From contig JABLTJ010000003.1 in NCBI GenBank assembly GCA_013166775.1, positions 128,001-192,000 on the forward strand: DNA of 64,000 bases. The letters are read 5' to 3'. The translations under genes and the position numbers were made by a program. This stretch comes from Promethearchaeati archaeon (GTDB taxonomy: Archaea > Asgardarchaeota > Heimdallarchaeia > Heimdallarchaeales > Heimdallarchaeaceae). Below are positions 60,268 through 64,000 of this stretch, one piece after another (position 1 is the first letter of the stretch; each line of letters opens with the position of its first letter). Below the pieces are notes generated by a model that made no database searches, was not told the origin of the DNA, and was given only the letters and a program-made list of their open reading frames with translations.

Positions 60268-61313
60268 AAGATATCCCTAAACCATTCTTTCAAATCTTTA
60301 GGAATTGGAATAATTTGCTTATCTGATTCAACTCTATCTTTGAATTCAGGAATCCATTCTTCTAGTTCTTGTAAAACTCTTTCAGATGCTGTTTTTTCTT
60401 TGTCTGTTTCCACTAATGTTGCATATATGTCAAATTCTCTCCATTTGAGGAAGTCTGGCAAATAATCTAACCACTTTCTATCAAGATTGTATTCCTCACA
60501 GTATCCTTTCCATAAGCTTGGAATGAAACGATTTGCAAATTCCCTTTTCTTTTCATCAGGAACATCCCATACTGCTTCATGAATACTTGCTGCTAAATCA
60601 TACATAAAAAAGAAATAATAAGAATCATCAAAATCATATACAATAATTTTCCCATTATCTATGTTGAAATTATCTGCGTGAAAATCATATTGTATTAAAC
60701 CAAATGCATTATTATCTCTAGGTAATTGACTAAGCTTATCTTTTAGTTCGTTGAATCTTTTGATTACAGTACTTTCAATAAAATCTAAACAATTGTCAAT
60801 TTGAGCTTGAACACTCTCAAAAGCTGTTAATCTTTTAATATCTAGTCTTTTGGAATTATATTTTACTGCAGCTGAATGCATTTTTCCCAAAGTTCTCCCC
60901 ATTTCTTCCCATAAGTCTTCATTCCATACTTCTGGATTCCGATAATCTACTGCTATTCCAGGAGCTTTTTCGAATACCATGGCGTTAATGATTTTTTCTT
61001 TATATTTTATTAATTCCAGATAATTCTTTTTCTTTGATTTAATAGGAATAGATACTTTCACTCCTGAAGAGTCTAAATATAGAATCCAGTCTAATTCAGC
61101 TTGAACTTGCTCTGAAGTATGACGTGTTCCTCCCCTTAATATATACTTCTTGTTATTTTTTTGATATTCAAAAACAAAATTATTATCCATTGCCCCAAGA
61201 AAATTCAAATCAGTTAAAACAATATCATAAAGACTACAGATCTTTTCAAGTAATTGAGTATTCATATCTTCTGGATTTCCAAATATCATTATCTTATTTT
61301 TGAGGACTTTCAC
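60264..61313 (-). CDS. APH/choline-kinase-fold phosphotransferase (type II homoserine kinase-like)
   Basis: NFVF, LGKMH, Brenner-like GLIQYDFHADN, VYDFDD. Confidence 0.85.
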   Translation of the reverse strand: MKVLKNKIMIFGNPEDMNTQLLEKICSLYDIVLTDLNFLGAMDNNFVFEYQKNNKKYILRGGTRHTSEQVQAELDWILYLDSSGVKVSIPIKSKKKNYLELIKYKEKIINAMVFEKAPGIAVDYRNPEVWNEDLWEEMGRTLGKMHSAAVKYNSKRLDIKRLTAFESVQAQIDNCLDFIESTVIKRFNELKDKLSQLPRDNNAFGLIQYDFHADNFNIDNGKIIVYDFDDSYYFFFMYDLAASIHEAVWDVPDEKKREFANRFIPSLWKGYCEEYNLDRKWLDYLPDFLKWREFDIYATLVETDKEKTASERVLQELEEWIPEFKDRVESDKQIIPIPKDLKEWFRDIF

Positions 61314-61357
61314 AAATATTTAAATTAATCTAAAAAGAAGGAAACCGTGAAATAAAA

Positions 61358-62455
61358 GTGAATCCTCTAGAAGAAAAGCTGCAAGATTTCGTTAGAAATA
61401 CAGTTGATAAGAACAAATACATCTTTAATTTTCTATTAACGCTTTCAACAGGCAATAAAGAATTTAACTGGTCAGGAGCTGAAGGTGTTATTAGTAGAGA
61501 ACAAAGAATTATTGCAACTCCAACAACTCCATTCTTTATTGCAAGTATAACTAAGCTGTTTACAGCAACAACAATCATGAAATTATATGAAGAAAAGAAA
61601 ATAAACCTAGAGGACAAAATTGTTGATTATTTGCCTGAAAGCTTAGTAAAAGGACTTCATATCTTCAAAGGTGTTGACTATACTGAAACAATTACAATAA
61701 GACATCTCTTGAGTCATACCTCAGGGATAGCTGATTATTTTCTTGAGAAACCGAAAGATGGTAAAAGTTACTTCAAGATGGTTTTGGAGAATCCAGAAAA
61801 AGAAATAACTATCGATCAAACTATTACAATTGCAAGAGAGAAACTTCAACCAAACTTTGTACCTGGAAACAGAGCCAAATATTCTGATACTAATTTCCAA
61901 CTTTTAGGAAGAATAATTGAATCTGTTGAGAAAAAAGAACTCCATGATGTTTATCTTGACAAAATCTTTACTCCTCTAGAAATGAAAAACACTTGGCTAT
62001 ACAGGATGTCTGAACCAATTGAGAAATCAAAAGAACCAGTCGCTGAAATTTACTACAACAATGATGTAATCTCTTCTAGTAAACCTTTTTACGCTGCTTG
62101 GGCAGATGGAGGATTAATCTCTACTACAAACGATAGTTTAGTTTTTTTGAGAGCTCTTTTCAATGGTGAAATATTAGATAAAGAAAAAACATTAACCCTA
62201 ATGCATCATTGGAGAAGTATAGGTTTTCCATTGAAGTATGGACTGGGAACAATGTATATTGAGTTTCCAGCTGTTATGACTATGTTTCGCAAACTTCCTG
62301 GTTTAACTGGTCATTTAGGTTCAACTGGAACTTTTCTTCTATATGCAGAAGATATTGATTTATACCTTGCAGGAGCTATTAATCAAGCTAATTCTCCTTC
62401 AAAAGCTGTGATGATAGTATTAGAATTACTAAGAAAAATAGGAAAAGAATTCTAG
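61358..62455 (+). CDS. Serine hydrolase, beta-lactamase family
   Basis: SITK (SxxK), LLSHTSG, YSDTNF, GHLG. No signal peptide. Confidence 0.9.
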   Translation: MNPLEEKLQDFVRNTVDKNKYIFNFLLTLSTGNKEFNWSGAEGVISREQRIIATPTTPFFIASITKLFTATTIMKLYEEKKINLEDKIVDYLPESLVKGLHIFKGVDYTETITIRHLLSHTSGIADYFLEKPKDGKSYFKMVLENPEKEITIDQTITIAREKLQPNFVPGNRAKYSDTNFQLLGRIIESVEKKELHDVYLDKIFTPLEMKNTWLYRMSEPIEKSKEPVAEIYYNNDVISSSKPFYAAWADGGLISTTNDSLVFLRALFNGEILDKEKTLTLMHHWRSIGFPLKYGLGTMYIEFPAVMTMFRKLPGLTGHLGSTGTFLLYAEDIDLYLAGAINQANSPSKAVMIVLELLRKIGKEF

Positions 62456-62470
62456 AATGATTTCAATTAT

Positions 62471-63340
62471 TCAGATTTCTTTTACCTTTAAGAATAGCTC
62501 AGAACTATCCCAATTTTTATGGTGTCTTCTGAAAAATTTCTCCAATGCTTTAGTTCCAAAGAGCTTAACTTGAGATTCATAACATTCAAGAGCTAAGAAT
62601 TTAAGTTTTTCATAACCTTTGATTGAATTTATTTTAAGTCCCCAATCAATGTCTAAATATTTAGATGAGAGAAGTTTTTCAATTTTCTGACCAGAAATCA
62701 TCGAATTAACAACAGAAGTGATCATAAACCATTTTATGCTTGATTTTTCAGGTTTCTTAGTTCCTAATGTCATGAGTTTGTTTCCTAGATAATGCTTCCT
62801 TCTTATTTTTGTGCTAGCCATTCCATAGAAATCTATATAGAACAGAAAATTATCGAAGAGTGCATTATCTACCATAAACATCAAGGAAGCAAGAAAAACT
62901 TCAACATGATCAAAATGATTTCCTATTCCAAGAGGAGCATAAATACATGACTTCGGATTTTCCTCAAAAATTCTTTCTAGTTCTTCTTGTATCTCTGCGA
63001 TATTCAAAAACTGCTTAATTCCCTCTGATAGGTTGATCTTGAACACATCTGTGGGTTTCTTGATTAAAGGTGTTCTATAAGCTCTTTCTTCAATATCCAT
63101 CCATTTATAATCTGCACTCAGTTTATCAAGTGCTTTTTTATCTTCTCTTTTTCTTTGGTCGTAAATAGCAAACTTATGGAAGTTTTTTGGAATTGATTCT
63201 AAATCAAGTTCCTTAGTATAGACGGTTATAATCAGTACTTCCTCTCTTTCATAAACTAGTTTAGCAATAGTTCCTCCACAACTGGCTACAGCATCATCTA
63301 AATGAGGAGAAAGAAAGATATGTTGCATAACCAAGTACAT
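62471..63340 (-). CDS. PIG-L/LmbE family deacetylase
   Basis: SPHLDD, R.RED, HFDH, K...CYESQ. Confidence 0.88.
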   Translation of the reverse strand: MYLVMQHIFLSPHLDDAVASCGGTIAKLVYEREEVLIITVYTKELDLESIPKNFHKFAIYDQRKREDKKALDKLSADYKWMDIEERAYRTPLIKKPTDVFKINLSEGIKQFLNIAEIQEELERIFEENPKSCIYAPLGIGNHFDHVEVFLASLMFMVDNALFDNFLFYIDFYGMASTKIRRKHYLGNKLMTLGTKKPEKSSIKWFMITSVVNSMISGQKIEKLLSSKYLDIDWGLKINSIKGYEKLKFLALECYESQVKLFGTKALEKFFRRHHKNWDSSELFLKVKEI

Positions 63341-63718
63341 TTAACCTAAATTATTAAGATTACTGCTCATTATCTTCAGAAAGCTAGTTTTTTCAATTTG
63401 AAAATCTTGAGATAGTTTAAAAAAGTCCAAAGTATATTCAACTAGATAGAAATGAGATTAAAGACTATCTTGAGATACATCGAAGTTTTGCTAATAGTAG
63501 GAACAATTCTTACTCCAATAATCTTCTATTTTACTCCTCTGAGTATATTTGATAGATTTGCATCGTTTGGTTTTAAAGAACTTCTATTTGATTAGTCAGT
63601 GGTCAACAGTTGGTGGAGGAGTACCTGTAGGAATCAGGTCAGGTAGAAACATAACTCAGGTTATTTGTAAAAAGGACAAAAGAAAGTTCATTACTTCTTG
63701 AACTTCTACTGAAATCAT

Positions 63719-64000
63719 TCAGCAACATCTAGTTCCTTTATTCGTGGTTGTAGAACAACCACAAGTAGAAGTGGGTTCTTTTTCACTAATTTCTTGGTTA
63801 AGTTTCTCGATTTCCACAACAATTGAGTCTTCTTGCAAAGAGCTATATCTTGCAATTTCCTCTTTTAATGCAGGATTTAATTCCTCAGGAATTTTTCTAT
63901 TTTGTTTAATCCTTAATCCTTTTACAATCATTGAATTAAAAGTGTCAACACAACAAATACCTTGAGGATTTTTGTATCTACAAGTATTTCCAAACCTTCC
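63719..64000 (-). CDS. 3' part of a CopZ-N-terminal-like Cys-rich (Zn/2Fe-2S) protein, truncated by window edge
   Basis: Frame is open to base 64000 and reads GRFGNTCRYKNPQGICCVDTF (C..KNP.G.CC motif). C-terminus reads TCGCS...RCC. Confidence 0.7.
   Translation of the reverse strand, partial: GRFGNTCRYKNPQGICCVDTFNSMIVKGLRIKQNRKIPEELNPALKEEIARYSSLQEDSIVVEIEKLNQEISEKEPTSTCGCSTTTNKGTRCC

Noticed and set aside
62471-63340. PIG-L plus Cwh43-like gene as a GPI biosynthesis pathway
   Set aside because: PIG-L/LmbE deacetylases are widespread in prokaryotes and the two genes are 40 kb apart.
63452-63595. 47-codon hydrophobic ORF (MRLKTILRYIEVLLIVG...)
   Set aside because: Too short, with no motif or clear RBS. 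It may be a remnant but cannot be supported.
165-63965. Numerous short antisense or overlapping ORFs in the track (e.g. 165..476, 2765..3106, 37091..37462, 58674..59027, 63744..63965)
   Set aside because: They are shadows of longer motif-bearing genes on the other strand or frame and have no recognisable motifs.

Overview
AT-rich, gene-dense archaeal window of about 57 coding regions. I saw no rRNA, tRNA, CRISPR array, transposase or integrase. Several features point by inference to an Asgard archaeon, probably Heimdallarchaeia-like: TTTATATA boxes about 20-25 nt before starts, GAGGTG/AGGAG ribosome-binding sites, a TPR protein with a longin-like tail, membrane zinc-ribbon proteins and PEF-type C-terminal anchors. 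Most genes are peptide/amide hydrolases, GNATs, transporters, oxidoreductases and surface proteins. Highlights: (1) a 6.3-kb block (16119-22426) with four consecutive genes resembling eukaryotic families, namely a SIRT6-like class IV sirtuin, a TPR-longin protein, an N-myristoyltransferase-like tandem GNAT and a Cwh43/PGAP2IP-like membrane phosphoesterase, which together suggest a protein/lipid acylation module; (2) a SAM methyltransferase translationally coupled to a fused HgcA-HgcB-like corrinoid/ferredoxin protein with atypical motifs; (3) an FGGY kinase, a 2-hydroxyacid dehydrogenase-class II aldolase fusion and a membrane SCP2 protein in one locus; (4) a four-finger CxxC-x17-CxxC protein with an exact 240-bp period; (5) a TetR operon with a visible duplicated operator and a frameshifted first gene; (6) a decayed serine-hydrolase pseudogene. 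All family calls come from motif recognition by eye, and comparisons to reference proteins are from memory, so they need HMM or structure confirmation.
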